A DNA stretch of 61,025 bases, filler included, from Bipalium vagum (GCA_037834085.1; 3 parts of 3 records of this genome joined end to end with filler, not necessarily neighbours in it), one strand, 5' to 3'; counted from the first letter of the whole stretch, positions 12,701-25,423 are shown. Numbers and translations: made by a program. The notes: a model not told the origin generated them from the letters alone.

Positions 12701-15700
12701 CAATAAAAATTGATTTATTATTAGTAAGTTAATTGATTAATTTTAATTAAATCGATTCCAAAAGTATTTAAAATTCTTTCAGATTGCTTCAAATTTCTTT
12801 CAAATTACGAACAATGAAAAATATTTTTTAGAAAAAAATTTAAAATTACCACAGCACGAATTATTATTTATAATCGCATGAAAATTATTTGATTTAATTA
12901 GGTTATGTAATATTCATAATGATATAGTTTTTTACTTTGATTCGTTAATTTTAGGGATGTCGTTCTAACAAAGGTGTTAAAACACCTGGTGAATATTTCT
13001 ATGAAGCAAGGGTGCTTGAAGATGGGTTTGCAAGAATAGGTTGGGCCACAAATGATGGTAATTTAAGACTTGGTACTGATGAAAATGGGTATGGTTATGG
13101 TTGTGATGAAAATGGAAAAGGTTGGGGTGATAACGTCAACGGAATTGCAATGCACGATAACAAAACTAAAGAATATGGAAGTGGTATAAACGTTGGAGAC
13201 TATATTGGATGCCGAATAAATCTTAACAGTGGTGAATTGGTCTGGTATAACAATGGGAAATCTATGAATGTCGCATATAAAATTCCGGAACAGTTCCGCA
13301 AGGAACCAATGTTTCCAACACTAAGTGTCAAAGATGGTCGAGTTGAATGTAATTTTGGAAATTCACCTTTTGCATATCCACCATCAGATTCCGAAACTTG
13401 GATTCCTGTATGCCAAGCTGGTGAAACAAACGAGGTTCCTAATAAGTTTATAGGATGGAAACTAAATGCATATGATGCAACAAATTCATTAGATATTTCA
13501 CCAGAGGGTCTAATGATTCAATCACAGTTTAATAAAGGCTGGCAGGGATCAAGGTGTAACAAGGTTAGTTTTAAATTATTAAAAAATTTAAAAGTTTATT
13601 GTTTTGATTTATTTTGTAAAAAAAAGTATTACATCTCCAATTATGTTTGTGGAATAATTTCGAAAATTAAAAAGAAATCAAATAATAAAACGTTGCTAAT
13701 CCTTATTAAAAGCCAATCAGTTTTTAAAATTTTTCTGTACATAATTTTATCAACAATGCAAATTGTCTCTTGACGATATTATCAAAAACGGAGCTTTAGG
13801 AATTTTAACGAAATCATGCTAAAATCGCATAATTTAAATATTACACCAAGTTTCATGATAAACACTCTTATTTATCAGGATTCAGAGACTGAGTGAAAGC
13901 AATAGAAAGCCAATCATTGAGTAAAATTTTGGAAGATAAGTATTTGAAATCTTTATGAAAATAAAAAAATATATATATTTTTTTATATATAAATAAAAAG
14001 CATATTAAAGATAAAGTTGTGATATCGGTTACGGAAAACGATTTTAATGTGGGTATGTAATATTCAAATGTAAAGTTGTTTTTTTAGTACGGCGAATGTG
14101 TGTCGGTTAATTCTATAGGGTGCGAAATACGGTTTGCCCCACCATTATTTAGTGGAATAATAAGAAACATAGAAGATCTTCATTTGAAAAACTTCATTAA
14201 TTTTAAAAAAATCTGATTTTTATATAAAATATTAAAAATTAAATATAAATTTCAAATTTCTAACGAAGATATTTTTAAAATTCATAAAACGGGGCCAAGT
14301 ATAAAAAGATCTGTTACAAATGGATTCAGAAAATTTAAGCTTTTACCAACAAAAAAAGATTTTAAAAAATAAAAATAATATTTATTTGTAATATTTTGCC
14401 TGCATCCCGTTATTTAAAATAAAACCGTAAATGCGTTGAGGTATAAATTTAGCAAGGTTCTCCAGTATTTAATATTTAGTTATTATTTTTTTGGATTGTT
14501 CATCATTGCAGTCTATACCCCTTAGGAATTGATTACACCATAAATTATCTAGAGGGTAATCGGTAGCCATGGTAGATCGTAATTATAGAATTTAGATATC
14601 TATCAGTGTTGTGTATAAATTTTAAGGAGGTCTGTTCTTGATTCTTTCGGATTGAGATATTAATTAAGTTTTATTAACATTGACATTATTTTTCACCATT
14701 TAAACAATACTCGTTTTCAAGTTAGACTTGAATTTTTACAAATTTTAGGTTTTGAAATTTGATTTTTAAAAACTACGTTTATGTAATGAAGTTCAAATTA
14801 ATTCAAAATTTGTATAATTATGATATCAACAGCAATGTTAAGATTAGGGATTAGATTAAAAGATTAGTTAACTTTGATCTGGGACCCAAATATAATCATA
14901 TTACGAGTAAAATCAATTCTTAACTCAACCCGAACTCAAAATGTTCACTACAACCAAATTCAGCCAAAATATTGAATAGATTACATTAGTAAAAGTTTTA
15001 ATAAAATTAGGAATATTATTAATACGGTAGAATTAATTAATGTTTATAATGAGAGTACCTATAATAAATTGAATTAAGCAAAATGTCAAACAGCAGATTT
15101 TATCAATAAAGGGAGAAAAAAATTCATAAAATTTGAAAGACATATCATATTTTTGAACAACTTGTCTAAGTTCCATTACATTCTTTCACTGAATATTATG
15201 TAGTTTATGTTTGGTATTTATAGTTGTCATTTTGACACAAACTTTTTTCAAACAATTGGTTATACAGATATGTAATTAGCTTAAGTATGTGACTCTAAAA
15301 ATCTACAATTACTTTTTAATTTGTGGGATTGTTTTTAGTAACGAATAGTGTGGGCTGGTTCTTAGTAGATAAAAATTATATTCATATACATAATGTCTGA
15401 TAAAAGGCAATATTTTAGCACGTTAACATTCAAATATATCTCTTCGAGTCTTTAACTAATGCAAATGAGATATGTTGCTGATATTTCTTTGGATGATGAC
15501 AAAACCAACCAAAAATTATGAAACAATTTCCTTTAACTTCATTATTTATAAATTGCAGGATCAGTTGAATAAAATTCTTACTTACCCTTTTATGCGATAA
15601 TGTAAAAGACATTTTCTTGTATTTATTATTAATATTAATACTGAAATTTTATTTATATTAAACTTAATTTCATAGGGTGTGAAAGAGCGCGGTAAATATT

Positions 15701-18700
15701 ATTTTGAAGCAAGTCCTCTAGAAGATACCGGGTTTATTCGAGTTGGATGGTCTACTGAATTGGGAAGTTTGGATTTGGGAACTGATAATAATGGATTTGG
15801 ATATGGAGCTGATCCAGACGGATATGGATTGACAGGTAACCAAGGTAAGAAGATGTTCAATAATGACATTGAAAATTATGGAAAGGTAATTATAATTAAT
15901 AATTGTAATAATTTAACCAAACATGAAGTCTTTTGAGAAAAATGATGTCATAGGATGCTTTCTTGATCTCGATGCTGATAGAGTACAATGGTCATTAAAT
16001 GGAGAAATATATGGTCCTGCGTATTCAATACCTTTTGAATTAAAAAATGGGCCTTCAGGGTTTTTCCCGACTATTTCTCTTAAAGATAACACAGCAGAAT
16101 TTAATTTTGGAGAAAAGGCATTCAAATTTTATCCAGGAGTAAGATTTTTCTTTAAGTATTTTATAGTAATTATTTTATAAAAAGTCAGGTAACCATTATA
16201 CGAAATAGTTTTTTGTTAAAAATTAGGAAAGATATAATTTCAAAAAACAATTTTATAAAAAAAGATTCAAAAAAATTGTGTTTATCACACTGTATGTGGT
16301 AAGAGTAATCTACAGAATTACCAAAAATTCGAATGTAAAAGTAATCTAAAGCCAAGTAAATGAAAAAGCTTTTATTATTAAATTAGAATATAGGTTCTTA
16401 GCGTTCTTTAATTGAAGTAAAGTTTTGTAAAACAATGCTATTGTTATGTATAAATGAATGGAGTTTTTCATCGATAGTAACTCTAACTTCATAATCATGA
16501 AGCGAACCATCAAGTTGATGTCGGTACAATAAAGCGGTTGTAAGATACGCATGATGACAGTCTGTTCCAAAAAATACCTATGTTATTGTGTAATATAAGG
16601 TTTGACGTTATAGTGGCGAAGGTTCCTCACCGATACCAGTCATATTTTGCAGGGAGTCAAAATAAAGATTTTTTTATTTTTAGAAATTATAATTCAAAGC
16701 AAGAAAGACAATTTGCTCAGTAAAGAAATTTCGTTCCTAAAAGCACATTTGTTCGAGCGTTGGTTAATAATAAATATCTATTATGAATAAAAGCAACTTA
16801 ATCTCATTTTAAGGGAAAATATATATATTAATCAGTTATAATATATAAGAAGCGAAAGACGTTCTAAAAAATATTTAATGAGAAATAATATTATAATCTT
16901 TGATAATATAAATCAACAATGGAAGAAGTTAGAGCAATTTTATTCATGGATACAATCCTATAGCAACTATTATTTATTCATATAACACGATTATTTATTG
17001 AAATTACTCCTATTGTAAAAACTGATTGAATTAACTATTAAGTCATTTTATTGAGTTTATTTTTATAATAACCATTATATCACACTTTTGTATAAAACTA
17101 GAATGAATGGACACCACTTACATATACACCAGAACAGTTCTTGAAACAATCGCGGAAAAGAGGTCCTGAGGTAAGTTTCATTTGAAATGTATTTGATTGA
17201 TAATTTTCCCAGCGAAAAGTAAAAGCGTGGTCCTATATAAATACAGACGACAACCAGGAAATGAAATCAGGAAATGTAAGAATAACATTAAAGTTCTCTA
17301 TTAATTTATGCATTTAAAAACGTGATTTCTTATTTTGTCGAAATGAATTTTAGTTCTCTGAGAAATCTAATGCAAATAAAGACCAAAGTGTCACTAATGT
17401 AAACAATGTAATGACATCAACAAATTCGAGGCTACCAAGAATAACAGATGAACATGAAATTGAAGACTCATTTGAACCAAGTTTCGTTAATAGGACCGGC
17501 ACTCGCACCATCACAAACGGTGAAGTGACAGTATGGTTCTAAGGAAAGACGAAATTTTCATTTAATTTTTTTATTATTTAGGAAATAAGGACTGGTGAGC
17601 CTAATGTTGAGACAGAGTCCTATATTGATGAACACGGAAATCTAGTCAAAAAGATTATTACTCGAACAAAAAAGGTGACAAAAACAACTAAGACCATGAG
17701 TGAATTTGTGACTGAAAGATCAGAAAATGATGTAAGGAGTTTTATAATTTTTTAATGCCTTACCTTATGGTTTTTATTAATATTATTTTATGAATTCAGT
17801 TCTTAGTTTCTAGGTGTTAGAAAGAAATCTAAAAGATTTCTCTAAAATCATATGAGAATTGAAAAAAATTATATTTTATACCTTTATCAATTTCATGTTA
17901 TACAGTGATAAATACTATTATATAGTTGTTTTTTTGCATAATCCTAATTTCTGAAATATTTTTCTTTCAATAATTTTTGCAATATTTTAAAAATGTAGCA
18001 GTTAGTTGGCGAAAGGTATTGGGTATATGGTGAATGAGGCAGGGATTCATACCCCAACTAATTTAATTTCTATAAGGTCGGTTTTGCCAAATGCGACACG
18101 GGTTGACGCTTTCTATTGACAGATGATGGATGTTGTCGAAGTTTCCAGAAACTGTAATGAATGCAGACCACCTATTCGTCATTATTATCTTTATAATGTA
18201 GATTTTGTTTTAGACAATGTTGTGTAGCTTGATCATGGTCAAATCATTGAGCTGAGCGACACAGTTGTCATATATAATCTCCTTTTCATCGCACGTCATA
18301 ATACTTTAATATTTAATAAAATTGTGACTGTTACAAAATTATTTTTGATTATTTATATTTTTCAAACTTCACTTTTTCTAAGTTTTATTTTAATTTTCAA
18401 CTCATCAAGATTTTTATAAAACAATTTTTTGAATAGAAGTTTAAAGACAAAAGCATTGAATATTATTTGGAAATCCTTAAATAATCGAACTGTCAGCTAT
18501 TAATGACTTTCTTCAAAACAGAAGACTTGTCGTTAAATTTGTATCTATTAAAAAATTCGCGTTTCTTAATTCAAAAATGAAATTCCATTGATTACAATAA
18601 ATAGTGAGTCTCATTTTTGAGTCTTGTCAAAATGTCCTTAAAATTTAATATTACTTGTCTCCCTTTAATTTTAAAGTTTTCTAGGAAAATTTATTCTTTT

Positions 18701-19414
18701 CAGTTACTGTTAGAATCCTAAGACCACACAATATCTGATTTTTTTCTTTGCGCTTTTATACATCTAAGTAATTTGTGGTTAAATATTCTGGGTCCAAAAA
18801 TACTAGTGAATAGTCTACTGGCTCTAAAGTTCATACCATTGACATTTTAAAACATTAATTGGTAGACTATTTATTTGATTTTGTTGATTTCAAAACACGG
18901 AACTGTGGATTAATAAAAAGAAAATGAATGTTAGATCAGCTGGCCCATAAGGGAAAGGAAATAGCTTTGCAATTAAAATTTCTTTATTATCAGCCAATTT
19001 ACTTTGTCAATTAAAATTTCCACTGGAGCCCTTCTCTGAATAAAAAATTGTAATAATTTTTGAAATTCCTTTTACCAAACTATCCTTTAAATCGTGACGG
19101 TCATTCAAACGCAAATTTAAGATAAATATTTTTGTTTTTCATAATTTGAATCATTTTAGGTTGAGACAACGAGAGCAGAGAAAATATTGAGAATCAGTCG
19201 AAATGAAATTGAAGATTTTGATGATGAGGTGATCAGTGATTCTGATTTTTCCCATTGTATAACATCAATTGTGTTTCAGTTGTTAAGGAACGCCATTCTT
19301 GCTGTTACAAGCATGAACAGTAGCGCAGCAGTCCTCAACGATTATGTCGGGTCCCTAGAATTTTCCGCGACTGAAAACAGAAATGCATCAAAATTAATGG
19401 AAAGCGAAATATAG
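3310..19414 (+). CDS. Protein 4.1/Coracle-family FERM protein with two internal DDX1-type SPRY domains and a 4.1 C-terminal domain (5'-partial, 15 exons visible, about 932 aa)
   Basis: Phase-consistent GT-AG exons: 3310-3613, 3660-3747, 7488-7738, 10350-10528, 10652-10696, 11608(or 11611)-11849, 12955-13563, 15676-15885, 15929-16138, 17102-17170, 17213-17275, 17354-17530, 17582-17731, 19160-19228, 19280-19414 (TAG). FERM motifs: FQVKFYPPE..EDLTRYYLTLQVRQDLVCGKLPCS, GQTPEEADKNFLDNTRKLALYGVDVHKAK, VDHHYFFR. These are followed by two SPRY repeats and a C-terminus VETTRAEKILRI..DFDDE/LLRNAILAVTSMN resembling the 4.1/Coracle CTD. Confidence 0.85.
4907..5125. mobile_element. Tc1-type MITE (about 220 bp, TA TSD)
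   Basis: TA|CAATCCCCGCCAAAAGTCTTTGGTCAC ... GTGGCCAAAGACTTTTGGCGGGGACTG|TA form a near-perfect inverted repeat of about 27 bp around non-coding DNA. Confidence 0.85.
5383..5917 (-). mobile_element. Tigger/pogo (CENP-B-like DDE_1) transposase relic
   Basis: The minus strand reads CIGGKKSKQKITLLVDANMSGSKKFPLLVI...*KANLKTWMTTKLLEE...CLDNFAG...FFKPNTKTNSKPMDQRIIENLKHHYKK, matching the WMT, LDN and PxN..QPxDQG motifs, with a stop and deletions. Confidence 0.85.
6050..6464 (+). mobile_element. Mariner transposase 3' relic with 3' TIR
   Basis: YHLFRPPHKLSGRDFDSFEAIKT*LDD..GIFQL resembles the mariner C-terminus. It ends in ...GGACTTTGCGGTTGACCTAA|TA, a mariner-type TIR. Confidence 0.65.
7488..7738 (+). 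CDS. FERM C (PH-like) lobe exon of the 4.1-like gene
   Basis: TTTCTAG|AAC start, then NSDGEEILIGVYYGGIVLYKQKIRIIRFSWARLIQVSYKKKRL...KRSYKAIVDHHYFFR|GTAATT. It is absent from the ORF track but in phase with the flanking exons. Confidence 0.9.
12955..13563 (+). CDS. Exon encoding most of SPRY repeat 1 and the start of SPRY repeat 2
   Basis: GCRSNKGVKTPGEYFYEARVLEDGFARIGWAT...LGTDENGYGYG...GDYIGCRINLNSG..NG...MFPTLSVKDGRVECNFGNSPFAYPP...WKLNAYDATNSLDISPEGLMIQSQFNKGWQGSRCNK, with canonical AG/GT ends. Confidence 0.9.
15676..16138 (+). CDS. Exons encoding SPRY repeat 2 (15676-15885, 15929-16138)
   Basis: GVKERGKYYFEAS..GFIRVGWSTELGSLDLGTDNNGFGYG..GKKMFNNDIENYGK | SFEKNDVIGCFLDLD..NG..FFPTISLKDNTAEFNFGEKAFKFYPG, joined by a 43-nt intron. 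Confidence 0.9.
17990..18300 (-). mobile_element. Mariner transposase relic in an intron of the 4.1-like gene
   Basis: Minus strand MTCDEKEIIYDN (TCDEKW motif) and LGYESLPHSPYTQYLSPTN (degenerate HPPYSPDLAPSD). Confidence 0.75.
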
Positions 19415-22400
19415 AAGCTGTTGATCAAATTAAAATTTCGTGCCCATTCAGAGTTTCAAACAAAAATATTGTAAGTGTTTTGTTTCAGACAATACTAAAA
19501 TGTTGAAATAATAAAAAGAGAGTTAAAAATGAAACTGTTGCGAAACATTGATTTAATAAGAAATTGACGTTGAATTTAATGACTTAAGTGGAATTCTGAG
19601 GCAAGTTATAGATATTTATTGAAGTCGTGTTGTATTGACAAGCGTGCCAATTTGTTTGGATTAAGACACACACACGCCCTCATAAATTTGAAATTCGTTA
19701 TTGGTTAAATTGGCTCATTAATTCAATCAATATTGTCAAAATTTTCCGTTCATTCTTCGGTTTGCAAAATTTGTTTCTTTACCACACAAACAGTGGCTCA
19801 ACTTTTCCTTTGATTTGGGTGAGCTGCTTAGTGAAATACTCATCATTTCCGAACTGCATTTTTAAATTATCGAGACTCAACTTTCGATTTGTTATTATCA
19901 TTATAGATTATAAAATCAAATTGAAAGAACGGTCGTTATACTAATTTCTTTTTTCTAGGTGGATTTAATAATATTGTAATGATAATTATGATAATACATG
20001 TGTTATAATACAGTGTAGTAGGAACAAATAGAAAATCAAAATTATTTTTTAAATTAATTAAAATATTTTTAAAATTCTCATTTAATCGCATTTCATATGA
20101 TTCTTTTTCGGTTGGCTAAGTCCTTATTCTTTTACAAATAACTAAGACAACTAAATTTTATATATATTATTAATATTTCGAAAAAAGCTTTATTTCGACT
20201 TTTATTTCATTGTGGTTAGGTTCCATGATAATCCTATTAGCAAAAAACCTGGCACTGTAAAACAATAAAATTTATTATACTTCAATCAAATAACAATACC
20301 AATACGCACAACACATTAATACTATTTACACAATATTCCCCAATCAATTATAAATTAGTCAATGCCTTCAAAATCGTAACTATCATCAACACGTCGATTT
20401 TCGCAAATATAACGACAACAATTCACAGCTCCCACGTCTTGACAAACTCTCGCCCAAGAAATCTAATGACAATAATACGGAATAATAATGCGAAGCTGAT
20501 TGAAATATTAATGATATTAATGGTAAAAGGTAGCGATGATCTTAACAATATCAAAATATCAACGATAATGGTATTAAGGATATCAATAATAACATAACTC
20601 AAATTTACTGACGATAAAAAATAAATAAATTATAAATTAATTAATTAAAATTATTACTGATGTCAATGTGAAAATTAGAAATAATGAAAAAGGAAACAAA
20701 AATGACTAATCTCACCATTTAGAGTCAGATTTTTATTAATCAACCATGATTTTTTAAAAAAATCAACATTTACTTATTTTAATAGATTTTTTTTTTCATC
20801 ATCTTTCGTACTAGGTTTTTAATATTCTAATTTTTTTTAAGAGCTTCTTTTCTACCCTCTGGATGACATTGTTTTGTGTTGCATTGGCGTTGAGCTTGTT
20901 TTTCACCACTCATCGGCTATTGTTGGCACTGCAATTCCTTTTTGCCAATCATCAGCAAGGTAGGGGTTCGCTTAAACGAAAAAAGAAACAAAAGAAAATT
21001 AACCTCATTTCGCCATTCTTCGGCTGCGTATATCTTCTTTCTTCACTTACCTTACGCCAATACCATCCAAAACATCAACAAACATATAAAACTTATCTGA
21101 CTCCGGAGGGTGTATTTCCCAACTTTGTTTATTCCGAGAGAAAAACCCTATCCCTTAACTTACAAAACAAAATAAAGTATAAATAAGACCTTAAAATATT
21201 TCTCAGAACCAACTAAAGGTGTTGTAATACGTGTATGGCTTTTAGGAATTACCTATCAGAAAAATTACTGGTCCGATCATAACTGATTGAGATCCATAAA
21301 CCCGAGTATCCTTGAATAACGTGATGGACATACTTTTACAATTTTTTCTCCAGAATTTTTTTGCTAAGCATCTAAATAATTTCCAGCCAATTCTGAGAGC
21401 AACTTTATATGACCAACGACGGCTATCCAGAGCTCTCCAGAACCGAGATCTTATTCGCTGCCCAAAAACTACAAATATACTAATTTGTTCAGACAACATC
21501 CGTTGCTGTCACAGAGTAGAAAATGTTTTTGATCTTGTCTTTGATTAATCAAAAACAAAGGCAATTTGCACAAAAATAAAAATAATTTTACATTAAGTCT
21601 CTAAGACTAATGGATTTTTTCTGATAGATAAGTTATCTAAACAATATTTTAATTATATTTTTTGGTTACTATATTTATTTTAATTAATATTTTATTATGA
21701 TTAATTTTATTTTTATTAATATCTATTTGAGAAATTATTCAACAGAATACATTTAATTCTTTAAAGATTCATTAAAAATCAATACTAACAATCAAAAATC
21801 ATGAACTATTCAAGTCAATAAATTAGAATAATAATGTATTGGAAATGATCAAATAAAGATCAAAGTAAAATAGAAATTTAAAAAGTAAAGGAAAAGTAAA
21901 AAAAGTGTCTTCATTAAAATAATTAATCAGTTCTCACTTTTCGGACGTTGGAAAAATAAATTTAATTAATATGATTATTATTCATATCCTTATTTATTTT
22001 ATCGGAACCTGTTTGCCCTACTTTTACCCAATCATATTATTAAAAAACAAATTAATTAATTAATTTGCTAAAAGTAAATACATAAAACTTTAAAAATAAA
22101 CAGTTAAAAAGGTAGTAATAAATCCAATATAAAGTAAAATTAAGTCAGGCGATAAAAATAAGACTAGAAGACAACGTCAAATCAAAACTGCGAAAATATT
22201 TTTACATTGATACATGTTAATTTTTATTCTCTTAGATTGACTAAAACTAATTCTAAGGAATTTATTTTTTTTCGTGTGAAGTAACCATAAAAAAGGCATA
22301 TTTTAAGAAAACGGAACTGATGTAAATTTCAAATTTTAATGAAATCAATTAATCAATATTTTTAATTTAATATTTAAAATACCCAATCGTTATCCGAATC

Positions 22401-24108
22401 AATTAAAGAAAAATTTATTAAACTGTGTTTGAAGGAGCTAAAAATTTGCATGATAAATACACATGAAATAATAATATTGTTAATGAGGTTTCAAATTGTA
22501 CTCTGAGTATGGTGATAATAGTAATTATAAGAATAAACTAATAATAATAGAATACTAATATTACTACTAATACTAATAATAATAATGCTACTTTATGCTC
22601 AAAATTTATTGCCCGTTTCACTTAATGTTATTAATGTGTCCAAATATAAATGAATCAAAATAATCTCAAAACATTTATTTGGATCAATACAATATTCTCG
22701 CTAAAAATCACAGCATCACCAAGTCACACAATGATACCGAGTTTAAATTGTCATGATGATCAAACCGTCAAAACCAATTAAATAATTAAATTCACCAAAT
22801 CAAGTAATCGAATATGATTTTCTGCTAATAAAATGATCACGTTTCTCGAGCAGAAAATCAAAGAAAATAATTGAATTTCATTAAATGACAAATGTAAATA
22901 ATTTAATTTTTAAAGAACAATAATAATCACTGATTAATTAAATTGATTTTAAAGAAACGGTAATAAGTTAATTATATAAAAAATAAAGAAGTCAACTACC
23001 AACCGTGGAAAATTGGTCTCTGATTCATCTGAACTAATCTTAGATATTTCATGCTATTGAGGAATGTTATAATATTTGATAAACCCCAGGAATTTCTGAA
23101 ATATATGTTAATTATGAAATAGAAGACTTGGATTTACAAATAAGAGAAAAATGCCATTGTTATTTTTTATTAAGTCATTTCAATAATTTGAATATCTTAA
23201 AATATTAAACGTCTTGATTACAGTTAACGACTGGTGCATGTCAGATTTTTCATACTTTTGCACAATTCTTATGTAAATTTAATTGTGGTAGGTAATGTTC
23301 GTATAATATGATTAAACATTAAAATTGAGATTTGTCTACATTGCAAAATTTTTCAGATTGTCTTTAAAAATTTTCCAGCTTCCTAAATAAATGCTTGTCA
23401 TAACGTTAAACCAATAGAAAATTGATTTTCTTAACTTTCTCACATCAATATTATTTTTTAAAAAATCCTATTTTCAGATTATTTCTGGATGTGTCAGAAG
23501 GCGAAACGCCGCTGTGTTGAGTTTTGATTTATGGTTTTCTTATTCGATATATTTTTGTTGAAATTTAGTTTTGATTAATCTAATCTTTATATATGATAGT
23601 CATGGTGAGTTTTCTTTTCGAATGATTTTAACTTTCCAAGAATCTGTTTCAGTTAAAGTTTCATAAAATAATTTTCTTTAATTCTGTAATTATGATTGAG
23701 ATTATGTAGATACTATCAGGTCACTGTGAAGCAACAAACGATTCTATTGTAAAAATTTATTTTATTATTTATGTAATAAAGTATTTTCATGATTCTCTTA
23801 ACTTTTAAAATTCTTTGTGTACTAATTTAAAATATTTTACACGTTTCCTTTTGTGCTTTATATATTTTTTTAGTATTTTGGGAATAAAACACTTATTCTT
23901 CTTAACTTTTAACAATTTTAAATTATCACTGTGAGAGAATTGAAAAGTTTGACTTAGTTTAAGCAATCTTTCAAAAGAAACAATCATGTTTGTCTCATAA
24001 TGAAAGTGTTTTCCTTGTATAAATAGATGAGTGAAACAAATTTTGTTTTTATTAATTTTGATAAAAAGTTTTGTAATATACAATGTGAGATAAATTGAAA
24101 ATTATTCG

Positions 24109-24158
24109 GTGGATGTAGCTCAGCGGTCAGAGCAATCCATGCGCATGTGAAAGGTCTC
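24109..24158 (+). pseudogene. tRNA-Ala-like 5' fragment (tRNA pseudogene or SINE head), no T-arm
   Basis: GTGGATGTAGCTCAGCGGTCAGAGCAATCCATGCGCATGTGAAAGGTCTC resembles the eukaryotic tRNA-Ala 5' two-thirds (A box TAGCTCAGCGG). There is no GTTCRA B box or 3' acceptor strand. Confidence 0.55.
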
Positions 24159-25423
24159 TAATATACAATATTTTTATTAAGTACATCAACGTATCGCATT
24201 TTGATTTCATAATTGTGTGTATATTTTTAATGTTCAATTTAAAAATATTAATAAAAATACTGTTTTATTTTAAAATGATAACGTTTATTAAAAAATTCTT
24301 TGCTGAGTTCGAACTAATAGATGATTTAGAGTTAACCATAGAATAATAATTAATTAAAGGATATAAAGCCGAAGAAAATGAATGATAAAGGGAAAGTGTA
24401 ACATTTTTTATTTAAGTCTACTGAGAAGAAGATTATTAAAGAACTATTTTTGCATTTTCATGGCAAGAATAAAGGTTTTTAAACCAACAAAAATCTACGG
24501 ACCTTTATGATCATCGTATTTCTATTAAAGTTTGTTAATAGCCTAGCACCCCTTTTTTTCTGCTCTTCCTCTTTGAATTTTCAACCAAACATTCTTAATC
24601 ATAAACCTTGTTTAATTGTCTGTAGTCTTTCTTGCATAACGCCCAGAATCTTTAATTGGTTGTTTCTTACGTATTTCAGGTGCATGTTTTTCATTTTACC
24701 ATAATCGATTTTCTGTTGATCAAGTTAATCTCAGAAAAATTGTGAATAATCTGAACTCGCCATTACAGACCAGGGAATAATATCATGGTCTGGTTTCAGT
24801 TTGATGATGAAAGGCTCTAGATATGTTTTAGATGCATTCTTCAGGATAATTTGTTTTTTTCATCGCACTTTTAGTGATATATTGTTCAGATACTTGGCCA
24901 TCTTGGGAAATTTCTCACCTTATCAAATAATTAGGATGAAACTTTAATTTTCGATTTTGTTTTAAAACTAATATTAACTAATAATTTCGTCATCCTCAAC
25001 ACCATTGTAGGTCTCACAACCTAATATTTGACTTGAATTAACCGGAAAAGGGTTCTCATCATCAATTACAAAAATTTTCTCGTCAACTGAAAGAACTGAG
25101 ATTTATTTATATTATTTTATAATAATACTAGATAAATTGGATGTATATGACTCTTTGTGATGAGTTGGTAACTCAGAATTCTCAATAGTTAGCATTAATT
25201 AACAGTATTTTATTAATAAAATTGAAAGAAAAAAAATATGAACAAAAACACTCGGGTGTGCAAGGAGACATTACTGACGAAGTAAATTTATTTGAAGAAG
25301 AGGGATTATTAATGGATTCTGTAAATCTTTGCACATTGAGGAATAGGAAATTATTGATGAGAATCTCCAGGTTTTTGACATTGGATCCGATGAAAATTGG
25401 GAGGAAAACATCTTAAATCCTCC

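Noticed and set aside
12955-16138. A separate DDX1 or hnRNP U gene
   Set aside because: There are no DEAD-box motifs (AxTGSGKT, DEAD, SAT) or SAP/AAA domains around the SPRY exons, and the exons splice in phase to 4.1-type exons on both sides.
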